From positions 15,936,001 to 16,000,000 of the forward strand of contig CM119371.1 in assembly GCA_051294905.1 (NCBI GenBank): a DNA stretch of 64,000 bases, given 5' to 3'. Source of the DNA: Botryllus schlosseri. Its lineage: Eukaryota. Positions 13,084 to 25,437 of the stretch are shown here, one piece after another (position 1 is the stretch's first letter; each line of letters starts with the position of its first letter). The notes beneath the pieces were generated by a model. It searched no databases. It was given only the letters and a program-made list of their open reading frames with translations, and had not been told where the DNA came from. The translations under genes were made by a program, and so were the position numbers.

Positions 13084-14040
13084 CAGAGGTCTCAAACACG
13101 CGGCCCGCGAGACTATGTTCTGCGGCCCGCGACGGCATTTTGGATTTCGAAGTATTCGACAATATTTATCTTCCAATTTTCGAAAATATTCGATAAGCCA
13201 GAAACTACTCATCAAAACCTCACTATTACATCACTTTCAAAAGTTACGACTAAGTGGAAGATTACGTGACATTACTTGTTTCGTAGCTTATTTAGATATT
13301 TAGGCAGGTCGGTATGGCAACCATTGGCATTATGTTGCTCTTGTATACATGGTTACATCCTGTGTCATCTTGGGTATCCTTATCCATCTGAAATTCAATG
13401 TTGCGAGAATAAAGTAGTCGTAGCCTACGTTTCAAAGCAGTAACACAAATGGATTCTTGGGCGATTGGACATTTCTATTGCTGTGGCACAGTAATCATTA
13501 TATTTAAGTTATTATTGATCTGTTCAAATAGTCGAAGCTAAATCTAATGCTTACTTAATCTGACTTGGTAATGACATGAATGATAGCCTAGTTTTCAGGA
13601 GTACAGCCGAGACCCGGAATAGGCTGTAATGCTCCAATGCTCTGATATCAAATCAATCTTTGTAAAATTCTAAAATTCGACCTAATTGCGGCACGTCAAA
13701 TGTCCGCTAGCTGCAAAATTATAAGGTGACAGCTTTTACGATGTCCTGATGCATTTGTACTCTCGCATGGTATCTACAACTAATTATTTTTGACAAACTA
13801 TGCCAAATGCAGCAACAATTTTATTCAAATATCTAAAAATCTTATTTTTTCGTGCCAGGCGTGAAATCACAATAGTAAATCACATTTTTACGATGCGTGT
13901 GGAATGTCAGTCTGCAAGGTCCCGTCAAATAAACCCTACTTGGAAATACATTGAATTCCCCTATTATTGGGGCTGCGGCCCGCGGAGCCATCAAAAAGTA
14001 AAAAATTGGTCGGCGAGAACATTTGAGTTTGAGACCTCTG
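13084..14040. mobile_element. hAT Charlie-like MITE
   Basis: TIR CAGAGGTCTCAAAC / GTTTGAGACCTCTG, GCGGCCCGCG subterminal motifs, 8-bp TSD ctctacac. Confidence 0.93.
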
Positions 14041-14082
14041 CTCTACACTACCTTGTTAGTTTTTACCATGAGTCAGCGGCAT

Positions 14083-14989
14083 GGTTGCCAGTGAACCCGT
14101 CCCTCGGTGAACCCGTCCCGTGAACCCGTCCCTCGGTGAACCCGGCCCTCGGTGAACCCGGCCCTCGGTGAATTCCGCCCTCGGGAAATTTTGAAATTAA
14201 GTGTATTAACAAGTATTAATATGAATTAATAAACTAATAATGTTATTATCAACTGATTTGCCGATCTTGTAAGGTGGTCAGGGCATGCGTAGATCACGCA
14301 GTCACGGAGTGATCAGATCACGTGATCACGATTGCGTGGTCGGCTCATTGATGAATTGACTTGGCGAGGGGCGGACGTGCGACGTTCAACATCCTCGTAT
14401 CTGTTCATGACATCGCATTGGGTCTTATCGCATTGTATATTGTGTGTGACTTGTTCAGATGAAAAATATATCCCAACGATTGTTATTGCTCACATATCAA
14501 CCACGCGTGGTCTGCTCGTTATTGCAACTGTAGGTTGAGGTGGGGTGTTAGGGTTGGGTAGGGTAGGGTAGGGGGGAGGGAGACATTAGGGTTCGGGGAG
14601 TGGGACATTGGGTTCGGGTAGGATACTAGGGTTGGGGGAGGTGGGATATTAGGGTTGGGGTTAGGATATTAGGGTTGCCGGAGGTGGGATATTAGGACTG
14701 GGGGAGGGGGGATATTAGGGATGGGGGAGAGGGATATTAGGGTTAGGGTTGGGGGAGGGGGGATATTAGGGTTGCCGGGGGTGGGATATTAGGGTTAGGG
14801 TTAGGGTTAGGGTTGCCGGAGGTGGGATATTAGGGTTGCCGGGGGTGGGATATTAGGGTTGCCGGAGGTGGGATATTAGGGTTGCCGGTGAATACAAAAT
14901 TTCCCGAGGGCCGGGTTCACCGAGGGACGGGTTCACCGAGGGACGGGTTCACGGGACGGGTTCACCGAGGGACGGGTTCACTGGTAATC
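14083..14989. mobile_element. Foldback/MULE-like non-autonomous element with modular TIRs
   Basis: ~95-110-bp TIRs made of tandem GGTGAACCCGTCCCTC-type units. Flanked by the direct repeat (c)agcggcat(g), 8-10 bp depending on the boundary. Confidence 0.85.
14535..14890 (+). repeat. G-rich telomere-like minisatellite (GGGATATTAGGGTT units)
   Basis: Repeated GGGATATTAGGGTT(G) units. Four perfect TTAGGG copies at 14789-14812. Confidence 0.92.
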
Positions 14990-15066
14990 AGCGGCATGTG
15001 TCTACATCGAATGTGCAATGGATATTAAATAGAGTTGGAATCATATCGTTTTAGAAAACCGCATTT

Positions 15067-15743
15067 GGTTGGCTAGACTCGAGTTAGAATTTGTGATTGC
15101 CACATAGTGCCGTATGGATTAGGAACACACCTCGCCACGTTTCAACAGAACCACAATCATTAACACGACGATGTCATTGTTAAAGATTAGTAATGCCCGT
15201 GAAAACTATGATAATATCGTAATATTCTGAAATGCACGCCTTGGAAAGAGAATGACCTCAATTTCCAATTTCAAATATAAGCCGGGAACACACAGCTGGC
15301 GGCATTAATGCTAATCAATACCGTCGCATGATGATAAAACGGATCTGCAGCGTTATTTCCGTAAATGCGATAAGCGCACCGCCGAATGGGAACAGAGGTT
15401 TCCGCATATCCTGCGGCGCAACGCGCAAGTTCCACTGATCTGAAGCAATCCACAATACACTTGGTCGCACGATTCAGATAGAACATTTATGAGATATAAC
15501 CTCGTCAAAACTATCTTATAATTTGACTTTAAAGTGAGCGATCGCGAAACCCCCTCTCGTTACAATAGTCTCCAGAACTATTTATCCGTTTGATGCCATG
15601 GCGGGTAAATTCATTTTATGTCCAATTAGCCGTAATAGTATAGTCTATATAACAACAATTATTCTATAATATTGCATTTGGAAAAGACCTACTATTCTAT
15701 CGTTAATACTGCAGCGAAAGAAATTCCGTCGTGCTAAAACAGT
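15067..15743 (+). repeat. Dispersed duplicated segment A, copy 1
   Basis: Colinear and highly similar to 37035-37706. No TIR or TSD recognised. Confidence 0.9.
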
Positions 15744-17413
15744 GGCTCGCGACCCGGGGTCGCCCCTTTACCATTGTGGGACGTGTATTGAGGGCGCGAA
15801 GCTAATTTAGAGATAGATTACATTCGTGCACTTGAATTGAGTTTGGTTTGTTCTGAAACTTCGATGTCTTCAACAAGGACATAATCCAAATGATATTTTG
15901 ATTTTCTTATCTTTCAATTCTACTCGAGGAATTTTAAGTTAACCTGCTATCTTTTTACACCTTGAATTTCGGAAAGTAGAAAGTAGATGTGGGTTGGGTT
16001 AAGTTTACATTACATTCATGAATGAAATCGTAATGGCAACCGCGTACAATAGCACTCTCTATCGCGGAAATGAATATTCGAAAATCCTGTAGTGCCATTG
16101 GTCGTTTTGCGTTAGTCGTGGAGTAACATCTTGCATATTGAAACATTGAAGTACGATAACTCTTAAAAGTATGCGACCACACAACAAATCTACCTGTTGA
16201 TAGTAGTTACTACACATATTTTTAAGCCTTCATTTTCTATTTTCACTTGAAATAGTTTCGATATATCTTAGAAATAGCCTCATCCCATTATGGTTTAGTA
16301 GAAAATTACTACGACTTCTATATACTCAAGTAGCAACGCTGACTTCCTTGATCACCTGTAATAACAGGGTTATAGGGTTTGGGAAAGAAGTAATTTCAGA
16401 AGTATGGTTGGCTTGAATGTTTGTTCTCGGGTTATACGGATTCTCAATCGCCGATTCCTAGAGTGTCGTTTGCTTAACTGCCATTTTTCGTTGTGTTGCA
16501 TGCTCAAATGTCGGGCAACAAATCATAGTGTATCTTTGGAAATATCACAGTCAATATAACTCAAGTGGGTTTTGATGTCGCAGAAAATTTTACTGGCTAG
16601 CGTTCGGATGTTGCCTCACGCTATCACGTATCGGTACTTCTGCAACATCTATCATTTTAACTCGTGGTCTTTCAGCTATACGGAGCTATACACCGTTTTC
16701 CCAATACTTTGCCTTGTGCCTGGAGTTTCCTCCGCCGCCTAGCTGTTCTTTACTATACGGCGAATTACTTTGATTTAACGAATGCTAACTTCATTTTATG
16801 GCATTTACTCGTCCAGCTCTACATAGTCACGGTTTTGCATCTGGTATGTGTCCATCTAGTTGGGTATCAAGCTCCTATAACCACTTGGCGGTTTTGTTGT
16901 TGACTAGATGCAATTGAAATGTGAATAGCTGTGTACTTGTGCTCAGTCGAAACCTATGGAACCTTTATGATTGTACTTGCGGATTATGTACAATTTCATC
17001 ATAATTTTCTACGCTCTGGTTCAGTGAATCTTTTGGACAGTGGCTATTGCTTTGTATATAAAATCCGTCTAGCTATCAGAAAACCTTAACGCAATTATTG
17101 CCAAACCCAACAAAATGCTCCGATCAGCTGAAAACATTAGTCGGACAGCTAATAACGTACAGAGTTCACTCAGTATATTGATATAATTGCGTATCAGAAA
17201 GCGAGGCTAGCCACTCAAAAATATCAAGGTCCCTATATTCATGACCCAGGGAGCACACAGTACGTTCTAATATCATGAAGGCAGATTCTGCTCGATGTGA
17301 ATAATATGGTAACGAATTGAAATTTAATATTGCATTGCTACGCTTTGAAGTCTTCCATAGACAAAGTGATGCAAGCAATATCATTGTCTGATTTTCTTGC
17401 TATGCGAAGCGCG

Positions 17414-18997
17414 TCACACGCCCATGTCACCATCACCATGCCAGGTAGGTAGCAGCTCTGTCACAGGGATTTCCAGCTTACAGTAATCAATGGTTTCGAC
17501 ATCGGTTCCCAACGAGCCTCCAAAAATGTACACCTTGTCGGCTAGGTGGGCCGTGACGTTACGACATTGCATTCTAAAACCGTCCAAAATCTGCCATTCT
17601 CTTGTACAGGAGTTAAAGTATTCAACGCCGCCCCAACGACCTCCCATAGCGTACAAAAATCCTTTGTACCTGAAAGCAGCTCCATACGCTCTACCCGCGA
17701 CCATGGAAGCGAATGACGAATACTGCTTTCTAGCGAGTATCAACTTTACAACCGTTTTTCTCTCTGAATATCCAGACAGCAACTCCAATCCTCCGAGCAC
17801 TAACACCGACGTTTTTGAGCAGGTAACGAAAAAACCAATACTAAGCGGTGTCGGTGGCTGTTTCGCTTCGTGGACATTACCAGAAGAAATCTCCACCATA
17901 ATTGTGTAACGGACGGTGATCATAATCACCCATTCGTCATTGGAGATAAGTTTGCAGTAATGCGGTGTACAACCAGTGGTGTTGTCGTCACGTTTGTTGT
18001 GCAATATATTCCAAATCGTTCCGTTGAACGAGTATAAACAGACTCCGTCGCCTACGTACAGCATACCGTTGTACTCTACAGCTGAACAATTACCGCCTAT
18101 TGTTGATGGTATTTCACCCTTAACTGCCCATAGTTTGGTACTCAGATCATACTGATAAACCCGCTTTGCAGACGAGTTAATGAACACGATAGAAGTCAGT
18201 GGTTTGTTTCCCCCGTGTGTGACAGGGCAGCTTGGCGATTGCCCAGAGAAATACTTTCGAATATACTGAAGACTTTTTAGCGAGTCACGAATTAATGTGT
18301 CCACAAAGATTCGCTCTTCAACAAATTCTTTCTCAAGACATTGCAGATTGACCTTTAGGAAGACGCCTTGGAACCAAACCTGCCTTTTCGCAAGGTCGGC
18401 ATTGGTCCATATCGATATTCCAACCCACTTGAGCATTTCCAATGCTTGAGACCCGCCCTGTATCATTTCGTAACAGTAGTCCATGGCATTGTAGTCGAGC
18501 ATTTTGAATTGGTCGGATCTTATGACCTGTTCGAAATTTGTTTCAAGAAAATTCTTGACGGGCGTGCGCAAAGTATTTATCTTATAGAGACAAGAAAGAG
18601 TGACGATTTCGGCAATATTTGTCACATCAATATTTTCTGTCAGGAATTCAACGCAGAGATCCGTTAAATTAGGCAGTTGAAACATTTCCGCGGCATCAAT
18701 CAGGCCTCCCACTATCTCCATCGAAATATCCACGAATCCGAGATAGATAAAGTCAACACATTGCTTCACAGTTTCAGGGCGCATGGTCGAAAAGTCTATA
18801 ATTCCGGTATTGGCTTCGTACATGTCATTCATTAGCATCCTGCTGAAATATTCCGTCGCAGCGTCCAGCACGCATTTATGTGCCATAACCTGGAAGTCCC
18901 CACATTTGATTGTGACGTCGCAGAACCTCCCGTTCGCCTTCACTTTCGACATAAGTTCACTCCCGTGCGTCTTGAAGGTTTTGCGGGTGATCTCCAT
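17414..18997 (-). CDS. Intron-less BTB/POZ-BACK-Kelch (KLHL-like) protein, 527 aa
   Basis: BTB FCDVTIKCG..AHKCVL..EYF..M, VDFIYLG, LIDAAEMFQL..L...C.EFL. BACK-like region. Kelch GG-Y/W motifs (VLVLGG, FLYAMGG..VEYFN...WQ, VYIFGG). Paralogue at 43671-47581. Confidence 0.88.
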   Translation of the reverse strand: MEITRKTFKTHGSELMSKVKANGRFCDVTIKCGDFQVMAHKCVLDAATEYFSRMLMNDMYEANTGIIDFSTMRPETVKQCVDFIYLGFVDISMEIVGGLIDAAEMFQLPNLTDLCVEFLTENIDVTNIAEIVTLSCLYKINTLRTPVKNFLETNFEQVIRSDQFKMLDYNAMDYCYEMIQGGSQALEMLKWVGISIWTNADLAKRQVWFQGVFLKVNLQCLEKEFVEERIFVDTLIRDSLKSLQYIRKYFSGQSPSCPVTHGGNKPLTSIVFINSSAKRVYQYDLSTKLWAVKGEIPSTIGGNCSAVEYNGMLYVGDGVCLYSFNGTIWNILHNKRDDNTTGCTPHYCKLISNDEWVIMITVRYTIMVEISSGNVHEAKQPPTPLSIGFFVTCSKTSVLVLGGLELLSGYSERKTVVKLILARKQYSSFASMVAGRAYGAAFRYKGFLYAMGGRWGGVEYFNSCTREWQILDGFRMQCRNVTAHLADKVYIFGGSLGTDVETIDYCKLEIPVTELLPTWHGDGDMGV

Positions 18998-20129
18998 GTT
19001 CTATTCTTTAATTTACTATTTGTATACTACACTGCACCGTAAGAATATTAGGAGAGTAACATTATCTTTACATGCATATAAATTTACATAGTTTTCTATA
19101 TTGTTTAGCGAGTAAGCTCCATCTGGTATCCTATTGCTTACTATATTCCGAGTACACGACCACTTTGTATTATAAGCTGCCTTTATGATCCCTTGTAAAT
19201 CAAATACGAGTCTCCTTGAATGAAGTTCGCGTGACACTGGTATCCAGCAATCAAACAACTGACAGAATTGTTATGATGCCGAATTCTAAATAGGCTACAA
19301 CCAATTCCAGCCAATATATGTTCCGACTAAATATAATCCTTTCTAAAACATTACCGCGACCCAGAATAATACATGTAAAGTTGTGCTGCTTTCAGCACGG
19401 AATCACGGATCCAAAATTGATCACGCACGTTATAGATTGAAAGCGTCTATTCATTCATGCATCAAAAAGGAGACGCACTGGCACATAGCGTATTCGGCGA
19501 TGAGTCGGACTCTGCGGCAACACCTTCTTCTTCTTCTTCTTCTAAAAGCGACTTGTATGAACAAAAGTTCGCGGTAACTCTAAATAGGTGTGAACACGAC
19601 CTGTTCTCCGAAATGTTACCGTAATTTCGGCTCTATATGAATATCGTCTGTTTCGGCACATGTTCCCGAAAGAGTTTCGTAAATCCGGTTTGAAAAGGGC
19701 CTTAGACCAAGGCAGGTCAAGGTTTTCTCACTGCCAATCGTTCTCTGGTACACGTCGCATGTTACATGGCCTAAAAATCCATATGTCTTGGTGCGTCGTG
19801 GCGTGGTAATGTCCGACAATGAAATGCCTACACTCTAAATTCTAATGCGTGCAGAGGAACGCAAATTTACACGCCAAATCCGGTTTTTTTTTTAACTACC
19901 ACACAACGTGCTGGACCCGATGTGTGCCTGGCTATCCTGTGTTTGGTGGTGGTGTGTTCATGCTGACTCGTGCAGAGCTCGAAATTAATACCAGCCATCC
20001 ATGAATTTTTACTCAGCTTAGGCTCAAAAAATATTTTATTGCAACGAAAGATGAATACAGAACATTCATTTGCGGACGAAAATGTGTGAGTTTCTAGCTT
20101 GCACAATTGAAAAATTTAAGCTTTTTGCA

Positions 20130-22520
20130 AATAGAAATAAGAACTACAGCTACAAAGTTATCATAAATTAGATTTTAATTAGAGCAAAGAAACGTTTCAC
20201 TAATTGGTGTAGAATTAGAATTATAGCGACACAGTTGTTTTCACAAATTATATCCTAATTAGAGCAAAGAAGCATTTCACAAATTGGTGTAAAATTAGAA
20301 TTATAGCGACACAGTTGCAACCACAAATTACATTTGAATCACAGCAAAGAAACATTTCACGAATCGGGATAGAATTACAATCCTAGCGACACAGCTGTTT
20401 TAACAAATCAGACTCTAATTAGAGCAAAGAAACATTTCACAAATTGGTGTAGAATTAGAATTATAGCAACACAGTTGTTTTCACAAATTACATTTTAATT
20501 AGAGCAAAGAAGCATTTCACAAATTGGTGTAGAATTAGAATTATAGCGACACAGTTGTTTTCACAAATTATATCCTAATTAGAGCAAAGAAGCATTTCAC
20601 AAATTGGTGTAAAATTAGAATTATAGCGACACAGTTGCAACCACAAATTACATTTGAATCAGAGCAAAGAAACATTTCACAAATTGGAATGGAATTAGAA
20701 TCATAGCGACACAGTTGTTATCACAAATTAGATTCTAATTAGAGCAAAAATCATTTCAAAAATTGGAGTAGAATTACAATCATAGCAAAACAGTTGTTTT
20801 CACAAATTAGATTCTAATTAACTCAAAAATATTTCCCAGATTGGAGTAGAATTAGAATCATAGCGACACAGTTGTTATCACAAATTAGATTCTAATTAGA
20901 GCAAAAAACATTTAAAAAATTGGAGTAGGATTAGAATTATGGTAACACAGTTGTTTTCACAAATTAGATTTTAATTAGTGCAAAACACATTTCCCAAATT
21001 GGAGTAGAATTAGAATCATAGCGACACAGTTGTAATCACAAATTAGATTCTAATTAGTGCAAAAAACATTTCCCAAATTGGAGTAGAATTAGAATCATAG
21101 CGACACAGTTGTTATCACAAATTAGATTCAAATTAGGACAAAAAATATTTCAAAAATTGGAGTAAAATTAGAATTATGGTAACACAGTTGATTTCACAAA
21201 TTAGATTTAAAGTAGAGCCTAGAGACATTTCACAAATAGGGGTAAAATTACAATCATAGCAACACAGTTGTTATCACAAATTAGATTCTAATTAGAGCAA
21301 AGAAACATTTCACAAATTGGGGTAGAATTACAATCATAGCAACACAGTTGTTTTCACAAATTAGATTTTAATTAGTGCAAAAACATTTCCCAAATTGGAG
21401 TAGAATTAGAATCATAGCGACACAGTTGTAATCACAAATTAGATTCTAATTAGTGCAAAAAACATTTCCCAAATTGGAGTAGAATTAGAATCATAGCGAC
21501 ACAGTTGTTATCACAAATTAGATTCAAATTAGGACAAAAAATATTTCAAAAATTGGAGTAAAATTAGAATTATGGTAACACAGTTGATTTCACAAATTAG
21601 ATTTAAAGTAGAGCCTAGAGACATTTCACAAATAGGGGTGAAATTACAATCATAGCAACACAGTTGTTATCACAAATTAGATTCTAATTAGAGCAAAAAA
21701 CATTTTAAAAATTGGAGTAGGATTACAATTATAGCAACACCGTTCCAAATTAGATTATAATTAACGCAAAAAATATTTCCAAAATTGGAGTAGAATTTGA
21801 ATCATAGCGACACAGTTGTTATCACAAATTAGTGTCTAATTAGAGCAAAAAACATTTCAAAAATTGTAGTATGATTAGAATTATGGTAACAGTTGTTTTC
21901 ACAAATTAGATTCTAATTAGATCAAAAAACCTTTCCCAAATTGGAGTAGAATTAGAATTATAGCGACACAGTTGTTATCACAAATTAGATTCGAATCAGA
22001 GCAAAGAAACATTTGAAAAATTGGAGTAGAATTAGAATAACTACTACAGTATATTTTATGAATTAGACTAGAATCCGAATTAGACGTAGCTTTTATTTCA
22101 AATTAGAGTAGAATTAGAAATATAGCTATGCGGTAGTTGTTTTCTAAATTAGATTCGATTGGGAGCAAAGAAACATTTCACAAATTAGAGTAGCATCAGA
22201 ATTTATAGCTACACAGCTTTTTCCAAATTAGAGAAGAATTAGATTTGTAGCTCGTTTTTTTTCGAAATTATAGAGCGGGATCAGAATTATAGTAACAGTT
22301 TTTATTTCAAATTATGGAGTAGAATTAGAACTATAGCTACACTGTTTTTCCAAATTAGAGTACAATTAGAATTATAGGTTCAGTTGTTTTCACAAATTAG
22401 ATTCGAATGAGAGAGATGAAGCACTTCGCGAATTAAAGTAGAATTATAATTATAGCTATTTTTTTACAAAATTAGAGTATAATCAGAATTTTAGCTACAC
22501 TTTTTTCACTCTAATTAGAC
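20130..22520. repeat. 80-bp AT-rich tandem satellite (~23 units plus a degenerate ~40-bp-unit tail)
   Basis: AGAGCAAA(GA)-type motif recurs at 20181, 20261, 20421, 20501, 20581, 20661 and 20741. Unit ~AAATTAGATTCTAATTAGAGCAAAGAAACATTTCACAAATTGGTGTAGAATTAGAATTATAGCGACACAGTTGTTTTCAC. Confidence 0.97.
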
Positions 22521-22601
22521 AACTAAACTAGTACTAGAATTGTATAGTTGTCCAAGTCAGCAAACGAAATCAAAATCATTACTGGGATTTCTGAAATCTG
22601 C

Positions 22602-24805
22602 TCATGAAACAGAAAAGCCTGTTTGTTTGAAACCCAAATTTTTGTCTCCAATCAGGACATACTGTAAAACTGACAGTATCTGGAAAACTTTTGGATATGT
22701 GGGGTCACAAACATAATAACACGCGAAAAGATCCAGCACCATCTCAAATGGTTTCGCTTTATTGTGAGACGATCCCTTTATGCGGAAGCCATTCGCCACG
22801 ATCCATGATGACTGCAGGTCACCATTTTCATGGTGCTTTAGTACGAGATGTCGAGGACTCAGCTTTGTGGCCGTTAATTGGACTGAATGGGTCTGGAGTT
22901 GAAAAAAATATGTTACGTAAAATTATATTGCCAATAATTCATGTGTCAATAGAAAGCACAAGATTTAGAATAGGTAGAAATGCCTTTATGGGACTTCTGC
23001 ATAATGAATATTGAATAAAAATAGAGCTGAACAGGTCAATATAGGTTTTTGTCAATATGGTTTAACAAGGTTAACTCATGGAAACAAGTGATAGCAAATT
23101 CTGTCGTCACGATATGCTGTCTAGTCGTTGGCATGTATGCGTTTGTCCACACAATCATAAGTTTACTAACCTTTCATGATCCATTCAGATTTGATCAGTA
23201 TACCATCATAAAGGTTCCTTTTGGAACGGCACAAGTATTATGATCACATTCACTGATTCTATGCACTATATCCATGGTAGCCATCCTATGGACTCAAAGT
23301 CAGGAAAACCAAAAATTACATTAGCAGCAGAAATGATTTTCCATGGTGTGGGACGAAAACGAATTCACACCACTCATTCTAACTCAGATTTAGTCTTAGA
23401 TTTAGTCTTATCAAAAATAATGATGTAATTGGAAAGCATTTAATAAACATTTATTTTTGGAGGCGTTTTTTCAGTTCGAATGTTTATTGCACCGTCATAA
23501 CGTAAACAGCGTCATTCAAAACATAGGCCTACCATATTTTCAGCACCAAAAAACAATTGTGCCACATTTTAGCGGCACACGTCTGAACTCAACAGACCCC
23601 GAATTAGAACACATGTTTGTGGCGCAACTTAGAAATTTACAGACCCCCCGAATTAGAACCAACTCGAAATGCGCGCATGTTAAGCCACAAAATTTTCAGA
23701 CAACTGGCTGTACTTTTGTGACGGTCTGTTAAGTTCGAACTTGTGCCAGATCGTGGCATGCAAAACGTGTTACGGTGTTAGGAAAACGCCGAACAATGTT
23801 TGCCGAAAATCAGGACAAGAGTCGAAATCAGTACAAATCTGACAAATCAGAACGTTATCCTACATCTATGTTCATTGTTCATACAGTACAAGGTTAAGCA
23901 AGCAGCAAATCCTGCAACTCACATGATAAAGCGTTTTCGCCCTCAAATCCTGTTGTGCCCTGATTCTCTTTTCAGTTACTGCATTTCGTAACTCCATCAG
24001 GAGCATAACCGCAGCGGCTTCTTTTCCCTACAAATAAATATGATATTAAATATAAATGATGTAGAAGATTTGGTTTAAGCACATTCCACTTATTGCATTC
24101 CGGTTGATATGAAGGCAAGAGTTCTGACACAACAATATTTAATATATAAAATTGCAACAAAAATAAACAGGATTATCCCAATTAATAAATTCATTCTAGA
24201 TTAGTTAAATAATACTAACCTCTTCATCTGTCTCTAGCTCTACTCCAAATATTTCATCATGAGTAGTAAGTATTTCGCTTCGACACTCCTCGGAACGAAC
24301 ATTTGAAACTCCGCTCTGATCTATTACAAAGGCAAAGTGTTACTATAAAAGCAGCTATATATTGAGCTAAGCATGCACATTGCACACACACTTCTATGTG
24401 TTATATAGAGGGAACTTGATATGAATATAATAAGATTTATTTCACTGGATAATATTAGCAATAATTATTATAATAGGTTCATGAATGAAATGTCATGTTT
24501 TCAACCAATGAAAATTTCATGTAATTGGAAAAACAAGTGAGTCAACTGCAAAGCAAGATCTATATAACTTGGTCAAGAATTCTAGTTGTAAACCCATATT
24601 GCATCAAGTTAGAGGATTAACTGACATTCTGAAACTCAGTTTCGATGCTACTGCAAGTTGATCTAAAAGGCAATCTACCAATATTTCTCACACTGCTGCT
24701 TGCTGTAAGAACCCTCTTGACAACATACCGGTAATCATAACATATCGCATGTTGATATTCTTGAACGAATTACCTTCAATTATTAAAGCAATGTGTTCTC
24801 TCGTA
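22602..24805 (-). pseudogene. Spliced EnSpm accessory (SAMD3-like) gene, 3' exons
   Basis: Phase-compatible GT-AG exons ~24805-24729, 24320-24220, 24027-23923 and 22892-22602. The last reads ...FEMVLDLFACYYVCDPTYPKVFQILSVLQYVLIG. The upstream frame is interrupted. Confidence 0.55.
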
Positions 24806-24979
24806 ATGCCGTACCCGCCCGTACGCAATCAACATCTTCTTTATTCCTTCCGCTATGATGAGGTTAGCACCGGTTCATCCACATCCACAAAGTCACTGTA
24901 CTGCGACCTGTCGCTCCATTTAAATTTGACCCTTTGACCCTGACTGAGTCCCCGCCGTTACCGAGAGATGTGAAGCGTG

Positions 24980-24982
<3 letters not shown>

Positions 24983-25033
<51 letters not shown>
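24983..25033. repeat. (GA)n microsatellite
   Basis: ~25 uninterrupted GA units. Confidence 0.97.
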
Positions 25034-25036
<3 letters not shown>

Positions 25037-25437
25037 GATAGCAATAGAGAAATATAGAGATGTTTATTCAGTCAACAGTCAAAAGCAGAATGCACTGATA
25101 ATAGCCAGGTAACACTAACGATTACTAAACAACGTACTTCAAAATTACATGGTGATGACAATGATTGATTGATTTCTTCATTGCTATACTGATGATATAT
25201 CAATGATCAATAATGGGGAAACGCAATATAATGGAAGTCATAGTCAAGTCAGACAATCATGTGGTTGTAACAATGATATATATAATTTTTTTGAAATGAT
25301 CAATTTCTTTTGCCAGTTTGGTAGGTAAATAAAATGAGAAGAGAAACGTTCACAAAACCTAGTGAATGCAAGAAAGCGACACACTAAAATAATGGAGCGA
25401 CATTGATGAAAGAGCAGTCCACTTCATGGCTCCTGAG

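Noticed and set aside
14789..14812. True telomere or chromosome-fusion scar
   Set aside because: Only four perfect units in one orientation, inside a TSD-flanked element.
17490..19091. Plus-strand ORFs overlapping the Kelch gene (likewise 34268-36168 over the RLE ORF)
   Set aside because: Antisense shadows of real coding frames, with no recognisable motifs.
20130..22520. CRISPR array or spliced-leader RNA gene array
   Set aside because: Whole units repeat with no unique spacers and there are no cas genes. ATTGGAGTA recalls an ascidian SL start as I remember it, but no full leader or splice donor follows.
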